DNA of 63,861 nt, the filler included, from Octopus bimaculoides (taxonomy: Eukaryota), in the NCBI RefSeq assembly GCF_001194135.2. It is 4 parts of 4 records of this genome, joined end to end, with 100 filler letters (N's around TTAATTAATTAA, not from the genome) between each part and the next. Parts side by side here need not be neighbours in the genome. Positions count along the whole stretch, not along the records: positions 21,549 to 40,956 come from NC_068997.1; positions 41,057 to 63,861 come from NC_068988.1; 2 more parts are not named here. One strand, given 5' to 3'. This document shows positions 39,533 through 51,095 of this stretch, piece by piece (the stretch's first letter is position 1; each line of letters starts with the position of its first letter). The position numbers were made by a program, and so were the translations under genes. The notes under the pieces were generated by a model. It did no database searches, was not told the origin of the DNA, and saw only the letters and a program-made list of their open reading frames with translations.

Positions 39533-39768
39533 GCGATCCTATCCACATTTTTCCATCCTCTGGTGTGCTTGTGAATCTACTTAAAAATCTTAACGGTTTG
39601 TATTACGTTCAATATCCTGGGATCGTACTAGACAGCCTGGAAGTACCTGGCGTGAGAGTAGTCTGTGTTGACAAACAACCAGACGACCTCTCCGCTGGGG
39701 GTTCAGAAACTGTCAAAAATACGAACGAAGTTTATGTAATACAAGCAGAGCTAAACAGCAGAAGCTGA
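39533..39768 (+). CDS. Candidate terminal coding exon of an unidentified gene (77 stop-free codons)
   Basis: TTCTCATAG/ acceptor ~30 nt after a (CT)n tract. Reads (G)DPIHIFPSSGVLVNLLKNLNGLYYVQYPGIVLDSLEVPGVRVVCVDKQPDDLSAGGSETVKNTNEVYVIQAELNSRS*. Unique, non-repetitive sequence; the other frames I translated are broken by stops. No family recognised. Confidence 0.3.
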
Positions 39769-40059
39769 TCCAACGGATTGTTTACGAGAGCTAAGTACGA
39801 TAGCAGCGATCGGGAGGACACCCTGGAGTAATGGTTATCACGGTCGATTTGTTATCGGCACGACTGAGGTTCAATAAGCGCCGCGAGCTCATCTATAGCG
39901 TAGTTTCTTTCATTTTTTTTTTTGTATATTTTCTTTTGTTCTTGAGAACGGATTTAACTTGAAACTTTACTGTTTATATTCTATAAAGGGTATTTTATAA
40001 AATATCCGTATTTTATATAGGCATGAAATGAAAAGTCAATTAAAATGAGCGCAAACCAT

Positions 40060-40232
40060 TACAGGTGGGACATTCCCCCACCCAGAGGTCAACTAGTACT
40101 TATTTCTATCGACCCCCGAAAAAATAACAGGCAATGTCAACCTCGGCAGAATTTGAACTCAAAACATAAATACGAACGAAATACCGCTAAGCATTTTGCT
40201 CACCCGGCTCACGATTCTGCCAGCTCACCGCT
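40060..40232 (-). mobile_element. SINE family N
   Basis: TATCGACCCCCGAAA...AACCTCGGCAGAATTTGAACTC...TGCCAGCTCACCGC. Confidence 0.78.
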
Positions 40233-40256
40233 ATGTATGTAAGAATATATTTATCG

Positions 40257-40653
40257 TGGCACTCCGTCGGTTACGACGACAAGGGTTCCAGTTGATCCGA
40301 TCAACGGAACAGCCAGCTCGTGAAATTAACGTGAAAGTGGCTGAGCACTCCACAGACACGTGTACCCTTAACGTAGTTTTCGGGGATATTCAGCGTGACA
40401 CAATGTGACAAGGCTGACCCTTTGAATTACAGGCACAACAGAAACAGGAAGTAAGAGTGAGAGAAAGTTGTGGTGAAAGAGTACAGCAGGGTTTGACACC
40501 ACCCTCTCCCGGAGCCACATGGAGATTTAGGTGTTTTTGCTCAATAAACCCTCAGAATGCCCGGTCTGGGAATGGAATCCGCAATCCTATGACCGTGAGC
40601 CCACTGCCCTAATTACAGGTAAATAAATTACAGGTAAATAAATTGCGCGTCCA
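40257..40653 (-). mobile_element. SINE family C, full length with disrupted A-box region
   Basis: Reverse complement of the 29658 copy. Head interrupted by two ATTACAGGTAAATAA units. Confidence 0.85.
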
Positions 40654-40769
40654 CCATTACAGGTAAGTAAATATACAATATGGCACGGGAATTTCGAAAC
40701 TCATCAAGCTGTAAAGGCTTTTGCCTTCATCATTACTATAATGTATTATTCAAATAAACACACAACAGC

Positions 40770-40888
40770 GTTGGTCGGCCCGAGGCTACAGTAGAAGACA
40801 CTTGCCCAAGGTGCTACACAGTGGGACTGAACCCGGAACCATGTGGTTGGGAAGCAAGCTACTTACCACACAGTCACTCTTGCGCCTA
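40770..40888 (-). mobile_element. SINE family B, 5' part
   Basis: TTGGTCGGCCCGAGGCTACAGTAGAAGACACTTGCCCAAGG...TTGCGCCT. Confidence 0.82.
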
Positions 40889-41254
40889 CTGTATAAATCT
40901 CTCTGAGAGATTTAGAAATGATATATTTCTAATTTAATCTATATATATATATATATNNNNNNNNNNNNNNNNNNNNNNNNNNNNNNNNNNNNNNNNNNNN
41001 TTAATTAATTAANNNNNNNNNNNNNNNNNNNNNNNNNNNNNNNNNNNNNNNNNNNNAGTACTAGGCTTACAATGAATAAGTCCTGGGATCAATTTGGTCG
41101 ACTAAAGGCGGTGCTCCAGCATGGCCACAGTCAAATGACTGAAACAAGTAAAAGAGTAAAAGAGTGAAAGAATATATATATAAGTACAGGAGTTGCAGTG
41201 TGGTAAGTAGCTTGCTTATGAAACATAGACGTAGACATAGACTTGCCGAAATGC

Positions 41255-42060
41255 ATCAATGAATTAACATTGATATTTTTTTCACTATTGTTACAATCAT
41301 CTGAAATGGAACTGTCAAAGCGTGATATTTGAGCAATTTTGCTATTCAGCTACAAAAAAAAGATGTAAAGCAGCTGAAACTGCTCACGATAGCAATGAAG
41401 CATTTGGTGAGGAAATGACCAGTGAGTGGTCAGCTTGAAAATGGTTTAAACGATTTCTCAGTGGAGACTTGATCTTCAAAGATCATGAGAGCACAGTGGA
41501 AGCCCATCTGTTATCGATGATGGTCAATTAAAGAAAGTCATTGAGAAAGATCCATGTAAAACCACTCAAGAACTGGCAAAAGAACTTCATGTTAGCCAGA
41601 AAACTGCTTGAAACCATTTGCATGCAATCAGAAAATCAAAAAAAGCTCAACAAATCAGTATCATAGGATTTGAATGAAAATCAGAAAATGTGCAGATATG
41701 AAATTTGCTTGTTGCTTCTTCTCCATAACCAAACCAATCCATTTCTCAACCATATTGTAACTTGCAATGATAAGTGGATTCTGTGCAACAATAAAAAACG
41801 TTCTTCACAGTGGTTGGACCAAAATGGAGCACCGAAAACCTTCCCTAAACTTGAGCTCTTCAAAAAGAAGGTTATGGTGACTGTTTGGTGGTGTACTGCT
41901 GGACTCATCCACTATAACTTCTTAAAATCTGGAAAGACTATTACCGCAGAAACATTTTGCCATGAAATTGCAAAAATGAACGAAAAACTGTTACTCATCT
42001 CTCCCAGACTGGTCAGCAGAAGAGGGCCAACCATTCTTCATGACAGTGCTCGATAAATGT
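41255..42060 (+). mobile_element. Mariner (DD34D, Hsmar1-like) transposase pseudogene, 3' truncated
   Basis: ATG at 41306: MELSKRDI*AILLF...AAETAH...KWFKRF.SGD; then FLNHIVTCNDKWILCNNKKRSSQWLD...KKVMVTVWWC...ILHDSAR. Stops and frameshifts; third catalytic Asp missing. Confidence 0.92.
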
Positions 42061-42134
42061 AAACAAACGAAGTTTGCTTTTAGAAGCATTGAGATGTCTT
42101 AGAAAGTTAAGGTGTCTTAAGTGTTGAGATGTCT

Positions 42135-42295
42135 TAGAAAGTTAAAGTGATTTTAAATTCTCAAACACAGGATAATGCTAATAATATAGCCGCCTACACT
42201 TTTTCCTGCAAAATAGGGGTAGTTTATCCTGTTCAGGCTATATTATTAGCATTATCCTGCATTTGAGAATTTAAAATCACTTCTTTAACTTTCTA
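42135..42295. mobile_element. MITE-like inverted repeat with ~57-bp arms
   Basis: TAGAAAGTTAAAGTGATTTTAAATTCTCAAACACAGGATAATGCTAATAATATAGCC versus GGCTATATTATTAGCATTATCCTGCATTTGAGAATTTAAAATCACTTCTTTAACTTTCTA; TA at both ends. Confidence 0.8.
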
Positions 42296-42592
42296 TAAAT
42301 TAATGTTACAGTCAGGCACTGATGCTGGTAGTATCAACTAACCAACTCCCATCAAACATTACCGGCCTTGTACCTAAATCAGATATTCTTATAATTTCAG
42401 TTGTCAAGATGGTAAACTGGCTGAATCATTAGAGTGTCATGTAAAATGCTTTGTGGTATGTGCTACAGCTTTTAATGTTCTGTGTTCAAAACATACCAAG
42501 GTTTATTTTGCTTTTCATCCATTCAATGTTGATAATGAAAGTACCAGTCGAATACTAATACTGATTCCTCCTAATTATTTTATTACCTGCTT

Positions 42593-42988
42593 TCAGAGAA
42601 TTATTGAGGAGTCCTCTGTGTACCCTGGGTATGTGCAACGTTTTCTATACAAACTCTGAGATTTGGAGCATTGGTGTAACCATGACGTTTTGGTGATCTG
42701 ATGACTTGCTTTCTTCTTCTGCATTGATTGTAAATATACTATTGCATTATATAATGCACAGCATGCATATTAGGGCAGACATGTAAACATAATTTATTAC
42801 ACACTAAAATTTTCATTACATGATGAAGGCTGTAAAATGGCTGTAATCCTAAGGATGATAAATGGTAAAATAACTTATATTTATCTCTCATACTTCCTGA
42901 CTTATGTAGTTTATATACTCCTCTTGAAATAATTTCATCGACTGAATCTCCTGGATTTCAGCTGCATAGAATTCTGCATTATACTCCT
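42593..42988 (-). CDS. Candidate last two coding exons of an unidentified gene (42894-42988 and 42593-42718)
   Basis: AATATAG/ag-EYNAEFYAAEIQEIQSMKLFQEEYINYISQE/GTATGA; 175-nt intron; AATGCAG/KKKASHQITKTSWLHQCSKSQSLYRKRCTYPGYTEDSSIIL*. Phases are compatible. AATAAA at 42579-42584 just after the stop. No homology recognised. Confidence 0.3.
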
Positions 42989-43385
42989 CTATATTGGATT
43001 ACTATGTGATCTGTTAGCTAAATCTAGCAGAGGAGCTTTCTGTGACAGCCACATGATTTAATGAATCCATGGCATCCAGCTGTAAAAATCATGCCTAAAC
43101 AGACACAGAAACCTGGTGCAGTCTTCTGCCTGGCTGGCTCCTGTCAAACTGTCCAACCCATGCATGGAAGATGATGATGATGATGATGACGATGATGATG
43201 GTGGTGGTGGTGGTGGTGTGTGTGTGTGTGTGCGTGTGTGGGGGGGAAACTAATGTAAAATGATGATGATGATGATGATAATAGTATATGTGTATGTGTA
43301 TGTGGGGGGGGGAATCAACGTAAAATGATGATGATGATGATACACATAGACACGCACACACACATGCATGCACACACGTACACAC

Positions 43386-43609
43386 ATGGCAGAAACGTTA
43401 GCACGCCGGGTGAAATGCTTAACAGTATTTCCTCCGCCGCTACGATCTGAGTTCAAATTCCGTCGTGGTCGACTTAGCCTTTCATCCTTTCGGGGTCGAT
43501 AAATTAAGTACCAGTTACGCACTGGGGTCGATGTAATCGACTTAATCCGTTTGTCTGTCCTTGTTTGTCCCCTCTGTGTGTAGCCCCTTGTGGGTAGTAA
43601 AGAAATAAC
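43386..43609 (+). mobile_element. SINE family N, near intact (young)
   Basis: Full head-core-tail with most CpGs kept. Confidence 0.9.
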
Positions 43610-44159
43610 ACACACANNNNNNNNNNNNNNNNNNNNNNNNNNNNNNNNNNNNNNNNNNNNNNNNNNNNNNNNNNNNNNNNNNNNNNNNNAAGTTCCTTGT
43701 CTTTTGGGCATTTAACTTTTTCTATTTTCTTGTGTCTAGGGAGAGTCATTATTACATTAATAGTAATAAAACATGCGCTGATTCAATTCCACTCCTTTAT
43801 CATTTGTCAATTTTTCTATGTTCTTTACTTCTCCAGAGTTAAATTTTGGAATAAAGAAAGAAAGAAAGAAACCATTCCTGTATCTGTTAGTGTAAAAAAG
43901 AAACTCTTAGATGATATAAGTACAAAGTAACCTCAAGAATCATAGTGAAAATAAACAAATAAATCAGAAAGATATTTAAAAAATTGACAACAAAAGAATG
44001 GTTAATAAAGGAAAAGAATTGGAAAAAAATAAATATAAGGGAGGAAAAGAAACAGAGAAAGAAGAAAAAGTAGATAAGCAAAGAATAAGGTTTATGGAGA
44101 TGTGTATGTCTATACAGATATGCAAATGTGTATACCAAGTGTGTGTGCTTGGTGAAGTT

Positions 44160-44720
44160 AGTCACATGAAAGTAGTATGGTCCAGATATATAGCAGCTGC
44201 TTCTCAAAATGTCTACACTTTCTCCAAATTTCAGCTCTAGCATTCAAATAGAGATAGATCATTGTCTGTAATTTTTTTAGGATAAGGCATTTCTCTGCTG
44301 TACAAAGGTCACATCTTTTATTTTCATTCTTGTGATTATAGAGAAATCATTCTTTGATAATTTTGTTTGGTGTTGTAATGGAAGCTTTTTATAATAATTG
44401 CTAGATGTGGTCAGCTAATTTTATTGCATTTCTCTTCTCAATTTGCTTACACAAAAAATATAGTTGTAAAGCTTTTCTTTGAACTCCCTTCCAGTTAGGT
44501 CAATGTATTGTTTATGTACCATGTCAATGTTCAGTAACTTCTGCTGCATAAATAATGGCTTCTAGGCTAAAAAACATATTTAATGGGCATGCATTGATAT
44601 TTCTCATGAGCATACAGACACAGCATTTTTGAGGGAGAGAGTTTGTATGTAATAAAATGTTCTTTATATCTGTGACACAACTATAGCTTAATTTAAGATT
44701 ATGCCTTTTCAATAACTTTC
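44160..44720 (-). mobile_element. Penelope-like element relic (GIY-YIG endonuclease region)
   Basis: KCCVC...NACPLNMFFSLEAIIYAAEVTE, KQYIDLTGREFKEKLYN and CDLCTAEKCLIL...LNARAEIWRKCRH match the Penelope CNC..CPL..C...IIY.A.V, YIG.T...FK.R and C.LC..EK..I...LN.R.E...CRH pattern. Confidence 0.85.
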
Positions 44721-45359
44721 TATATTTATGATTGGTTTGGAGTGTTTGTCTGTTATGGTTAAAAGTATTTTTATGATATTAGGTTCAATATTCAATAAAA
44801 AATGAAGAGGGGGATTTTATGATATTACAGCTCTTTATCTTAGCTGAGGCAAGAGACAGGTAAGTAATTCTGTCATGGAATTCAGTATGCATATGTAATA
44901 TCTATGTGCGTGTATATTTGTGAATGCATGCATGCATACAGAAATACATATACACATACATGCATGTCTATATATGTGTGTATATTCACACACACACATA
45001 CCTATATGCATATACATATGCATACACATACATGACACATACATCGATATATACACTCACATACACATAATAGCTATAATGTATGTGGTTGAGGCCCTAC
45101 TTGTAGATGTCATGTACATGTGTGTATGTGTGTTTGTGGCATGCATGTGCAGTAAGTGTATATACAAATGTATAAAGAAATGTATGTGTGTGTGTGTGTA
45201 TTTGTGTGTGCATGTATTTGTGTGTGTGTGTGTGTGTTATATGCATCTGTTTATGTATGTATGTATGCATGCATGCATGCATGCATGTACATACGTATAT
45301 ATGTATGTATGTATGTATGCCTGCATGTGTTAATGTATGTATCTATCTCCCCATCTATA

Positions 45360-46567
45360 CACGGTGCATAAGGTATTTGAGGACATAACATTTTTGGGTC
45401 ATTGCTGCATTTTTTGCTAATCTGTATTATCTTTGTTTCAGAAAATAATAATGGCAGACCCTCAACTTACTCAAGAAATGATGAGGCATGCTGTTTTTGT
45501 GGTTTAAAGGCTGTGTATAGTGATTTAGAATTATCTTGCTTTTTAAAAGTTGCCAGATCTTTCATCTACAAAGTTTGTGAGGAGCTAGAGACTGATGATG
45601 GAAACGTATCACCAGTATCAAAGCATTAAAAGCATTCTAGACGTTCTGAAATCACCAGGACACCTGAATTTATCCAGCAAGTTCAACAGACCACTGATTA
45701 CAATCCCAGAAAGTCCATGAGGTCAATTGCAAAAGATTCCACGTGTCAGAAGGAACAGTTAGAAATATTGTCCATGAAGACATCTTATATGATGAAGAAA
45801 GGTTAATTTGTCAGAAAAAGCAAAAGAAAATCACTACATCAGATCTAAAAGGCTCTTAAACAATCTGAAAACTCCGGTAGAAGAAGATTTGATTTGGTTT
45901 TTCTCAAACGAGAAATACTTCAACCAAGATCAAAAAGTTAACAGAAGAAATGACAGATGGTTATGTGAAGACCCTTCTGAAGTTCCAAGTGTTATGCATA
46001 CAACATTTCCTGCAACTGTCATGGTTTTAAGGGTTGTTAACAATGAAGGACATGTGATGCCTCCTTACTTCTTTCCATAAGGCCTTAGAGTTAACTCTGC
46101 TGCCTACACTGAGGTCTTGGAAATAATTGTTAAGCCCTGGATAGACAGTCTATGCAATGGAAGGCCATATGTGTTTCAGTAAGACTATCACACATGGCTC
46201 TAGTAACACAGGAATGGATGGCTGAAAATTTTCATGATCACATAGCCCTTAACATTTGGCCTCTTAATTCTCCGGATCTCAATCCATTGGACTGTTACAT
46301 GTGGAGCGTTGTTGAGAGAGAGGTCAATGAACATGCCCATAACACCAAAGATTCTTTGAAAGCTGCCATAATCAGAGTAATGTCCAAAATGAACCCGGAC
46401 CACTTGATTCAAGCATGTAGATGATTTAGATCTCATATAGAAGTAGTTGTTGAAGCTGAAGGTGGTTTTATTGAATAATATTATAGAAAAGAAACCTTAT
46501 TCTTATTCTCATAGCATTTTTTGATAAATAAAATTATTATCTGTCCTCAAATACCTTACACACTCTG
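45360..46567 (+). mobile_element. Full-length decayed DD37D/maT-type Tc1/mariner transposon
   Basis: TIRs CACGGTGCATAAGGTATTTGAGGACA and TGTCCTCAAATACCTTACACACTCTG, each flanked by TA. Broken ORF from 45451 to 46478 with WFFSNEKYFNQDQKVNRRNDRWL, VMVL.VV.NEGHVMPPYFF, YVFQ*D and WPLNSPDLNPLD. Confidence 0.93.
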
Positions 46568-46669
46568 TACATACATGCATACACACACACACACACACAC
46601 ACACATATCCATTCATCCATACATATCTATATATATATATATATAGATATGTATGGATGAGAGAGAGAA

Positions 46670-46703
<34 letters not shown>

Positions 46704-47109
46704 CGAGAGAGCCCATGGTAATGGTTGACTGACAGTTGTCTGGAAGATTCTCAGAAAGTTATTTATCCAAGAATGTTTCCTTAACTTTGTTCTAGAATGA
46801 TTTTGAAAGTTTATGTGGGATGATCTGGCTCTGAATTCAGTCTACTTTTCTCTGAACTGTTGTTACTAGTATTTCAAATCAAAATATGATAAATGCCAAC
46901 ACTGGTAGAATATAGTGTGACTCAGAGAAGAGGAAACAGAGAGAGAGAGAGAGAGAGGAACAGGAGGGGAAGAATGAGAGGAGGAGGGAGAGCGAGCAGC
47001 AGAAAGACAGATATACAGAGAGACAATAAAGATAGACAGAGGCAGAAAGACAGAGAGAAGGGGAAACTGATTGGGAGAAAAAGTGATAGGAAATAAAGAG
47101 ATAATATTA

Positions 47110-47155
47110 ATGATATGATTATTTATTATTATTGCTGCTGCTGTTGCTGCTGTTG

Positions 47156-47190
<35 letters not shown>

Positions 47191-47230
47191 ATTATTATCA
47201 TCATCATCATCATCATCATCATTATTATTA

Positions 47231-47283
<53 letters not shown>

Positions 47284-47285
47284 AT
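47110..47285. repeat. Compound (TGC/TGT)/(TAT)/(CAT) microsatellite
   Basis: Direct. Confidence 0.95.
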
Positions 47286-47289
47286 AAAG

Positions 47290-47805
47290 AAAGTGGCAAA
47301 CTGGTAGAATTGTTTGCACTTGATGAGACAAAATGCTTAGTGACATTTTGTCCATCTTTACCGTCTGAGCTCAAATTCTGTCAAGATCAATATTACTTTT
47401 CATCCTATCGGAGTTGATAAAATAAGTACCAGTACATCCTCTGCCCTCCAATTGCTCTCGCCTTGTGCCAAAATTTGAAATCATTGTTATCATTGNNNNN
47501 NNNNNNNNNNNNNNNNNNNNNNNNNNNNNNNNNNNNNNNNNNNNNNNNNNNNNNNNNNNNNNNNNNNNNNNNNNNNNNNNNNNNNNNNNNNNNNNNNNNN
47601 NNNNNNATCAGATTGATCCCCAGTACGCAACTGATACTTAATTTATCGCCCCTGAAAGGATGAAAGGCAAAGTCAACCTCATTCAAATTCTGTTGAGGCC
47701 GACTTTGTCTTTCAGCCTTTTGAGATTGATAAAATTACACTGGGGTCGATGTAATTGACTTACCCACTTCCCCAAAACTGCTGGCCTTGCACCAAAATTT
47801 GAAAG

Positions 47806-47854
<49 letters not shown>

Positions 47855-48194
47855 GTTCCACATTGGTAATTTCAGGCAAATTTCTACTGCATCATCTGCT
47901 GCACCTCTGTGTTGCTGGGGTGTGTGCAAAATTGTGTGTTCTTTTCTTTTGTTGGGAGTGTGCAAACACCTCCTGGTATTGTATTACATCAGTTTTTTTT
48001 CCTTTTGAGGTGTAGTGCAGTCTCTTGTTGTATTACAGTTTGTATTGTGTCTGGAGTGTGTAATGCATTGGTTAATCGGGTTGCTGATAGGAGTTTATTT
48101 CATTGGATAATTGCTTTGCCGAGCGTCTTGATTTTGTGGATTGTTTTGTTTAGGTTGTATTATGAAAGTGATTATAATTATAATTATAATTATA

Positions 48195-48257
<63 letters not shown>

Positions 48258-48500
48258 AATAATGATAATGATAATGATAATAAGGAGGTGGCAAACTGGC
48301 AGAATTGATAGCATGTTGGAGAAAATGCCTTGTAACATCTTGTTCATCTTTATGTCCTGTGTTCAAATTCTGCAGAGGTTGACTTTGCTTGTCATCCTAT
48401 CAGAGTTGATAAATAAGTACCAGTCAAGCACTGGAGCGGAGCTAATAAGCTAGCCCTTCTTATCCACAAAATTGCAGACCTTGTGCCAGTAGTAAAAGTA
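47290..48500. mobile_element. Cluster of three to four CpG-decayed family N SINE copies (about 47290-47490, 47610-47810, 48288-48500)
   Basis: GAG(C/T)TCAAATTCTG, CATCCTATCGGAGTTGATAAAATAAGTACC and CAAAATTTGAAA motifs recur. Confidence 0.75.
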
Positions 48501-50198
48501 TTATTATTGAGTGAGAGAGCAGCACATGCCATCAACTATCCAAGTGATGCTGGGATACAAATGCATGATGCCCAATATACTCATTATGACAATGTGTCTG
48601 ATAAAGGTATACCAGGCTCATGCATCGCAACCATATATGCATGATATGAGGATCTCATATCAAGATAACAGCACATGATCTTGCAGGTGGGACCCCATTA
48701 GAATTTTCTTCAGGCTGAGTAGCCCATCCTGCTCAAAAGGTCCCTGATTAAGGGTTGTTTAAGGATGAACAAAATACCTTTCTGTTGAGATTGAGCAGTC
48801 TTATTCATTAAAAGCGATTGCTTCTTCACAACCTCCTCATGTCGTGAAGTTAGTTTTTGTACTCTGTTCCATAACATACATTCAGTAGTTTCTGGTGAGA
48901 AAGCTTTTGGCCTTGTGCCATAATCAAACATCTTCAGCCTCAGCTTTCATTCTTGAGATTTTCAGCCAGTGATTTGTTCAACCTAAGTCATGTACGGAAC
49001 ATGCCAGAGGTTTAGCCTTGTCATATATGGGACATGTCAGAGGTTTAAGTGCTAATATCTTAGCTTGGCATCTCATAATCCAAAGATGAATTTAATGGGA
49101 TTACAAGTGATGTATATTGTCTTTTTCTTTCACAATATTTATCACACACAATCCTATTTCCAGTTCGTAAAAACCAAGATGACTTCTGAGGAAGGTAAAA
49201 GACAGCAATTTGCTGTTTCTTAATAATTGAATGGAGAACTTGTATCATTTCCACTAGAGAGCAGCTACTGTACTAAAACACTATTGTTATGAGTCAATAA
49301 AAGCCAATAAATATTTTGTTTCATCAAGACACAAAAAAAAAAAAATGCTTCAATAGAAGACTTAAATTTTTAATTAAAAAAAAATTTTTCTTTTGTTATT
49401 TTTCTATTCTTCCAACCAACTACCTTTGTTTTATATATATTGACTTCTGTGATGACAGAAACAACCTTTAATTTTTGTTCTCTTTTTTTTCCTAGCCATT
49501 TATATTAGTTTCTATTTCTATTTTACTAGATATCTTCTAATACTATAGCAGATAATTTATAATAATTTTTACTTGTAGAAAAGACCTATCTCTATATTCA
49601 TTATGAATATAATCTTTCTGTATAGCTTTTGAGTTGCATATTCTAAATGCAGTCAATATTTCCTTTCTTTTCTATGTAGTCTTAATAATTCACTTAGCTT
49701 CCAACTTGAAAATATAACTATAATTAATTACTGGAACAGCAAGAAGATTGATAGTTATTACTTTATTTTTGGCATTTAGTTCAGTTTCAAATATTGATCA
49801 GATGCATCTAAAATTTTTCCTTTCTAACCTTTTCTTCAGTTTGTGTGTGAGTAACACAGTCTGGTTCATTAACTTTTAAGTATTTATAAGTCTGTGTTTA
49901 GTCTAATTCTCTTATCTCTGTTTCTTTACCTCACATCATATAAATGGGTTTTTATCAACTTCCTTGCCCTCAAGGTTTCCTTGGCACTTTTTCCTAAACT
50001 GAATCTCATAACACATACAGAATCTATTCCTGATATATAACATGGTTTCTGGTTGTCTGTCCTCAGCAGTATACCTATTTGATTGTCATCTTACAGTATT
50101 TTTTCTGTACGTGGATTAGTTTAGTATTCTGGTCAAGGGTGTTAGCACCAGACATAATATGAAGAATGAAAGAGATAGAGACAAATAGATAGATAGTG

Positions 50199-50274
<76 letters not shown>

Positions 50275-50276
<2 letters not shown>

Positions 50277-50885
50277 GAAGGCTAGAGAGGAATGAGGCTA
50301 GTATGCTCTACTGGATGTGTAGTGTAAGTGTACATGTGCAACAGAGAGTTAGTGTATTGAGAGAGACGTTGGGTGTAAGAGGAATTAGATGCAGTGTGCT
50401 GGTTTGGTCATGTGATGTAGAGGGATGCCAACAACTCCAGAAAAAGTGTCATTCACTCAAAGTAGATGGAACTCAAGGAAGAGGGTGACCCAAGAAGATA
50501 TTGGATGAAGTACTGAAGGATGAGATGACAAAGGTCCAAGGTACCTGGTGCTTTGCTGTACTCAAGAAAACCCGTCTTCCACAGCAGAATTGTTAAGGCT
50601 GCATCCCCTGGTGAAGAGGATTGACCTGCAAGAATCCTGTGCTGGTGTCATGTAAAAAGCACTTGTGCTGGTGCCACATAAAAATGCTCATGCTGGTGGA
50701 ACATTAAAAGCACCCAGCACACACTGTAAAGTGGTTGGCATTAGGAAGGCTGTATCAAGCCATAGAAACCAAGCCAAATCAGACTGGAACTTGGTGCAGC
50801 TTCCCAGCTTGCCAACTCTGATCAAACTGTTCAACCCATGCTAGCATAGAAAATGGACGTTAAAGGATGATGATGATGATGATAT
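50275..50885 (+). mobile_element. RTE-clade LINE 3' end, decayed
   Basis: RLERNEASMLYWMCSV...LRETLGVRGIRC...WFGHV...KKCHSLKVDGTQGRG*PKK, then a 3' UTR ending in (GAT)n. Confidence 0.82.
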
Positions 50886-50919
50886 ACATACATATACAGA
50901 TATATATGATGACATTATT

Positions 50920-51095
50920 TAACTTTCCATCTACCAAATCCATTCAAGGCTTTGTTTAGTCCAAGACTATAGTAGAAGACACTTGCCTAGGGTGCCACAC
51001 AGTGGGACTGAACCCAAAATCACACAGTGGGACTGAACCCAAAATCACACAGTTGGGAAACAAACTTCTAAGCCAATCTGCCTTGCCTGTGCCTG
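50920..51095 (-). mobile_element. SINE family B, degraded, with 25-bp internal duplication
   Basis: CTACCAAATCCA...TAGTAGAAGACACTTGCCTAGGGTGCCAC; ACACAGTGGGACTGAACCCAAAATC repeated. Confidence 0.75.

Noticed and set aside
49164-49194. Plus-strand micro-exon candidate (TTTCCAG/...ATGACTTCTGAGGAAG/GTAAAA)
   Set aside because: It lies within the decayed minus-strand Dong LINE, so the splice-like signals are probably chance.
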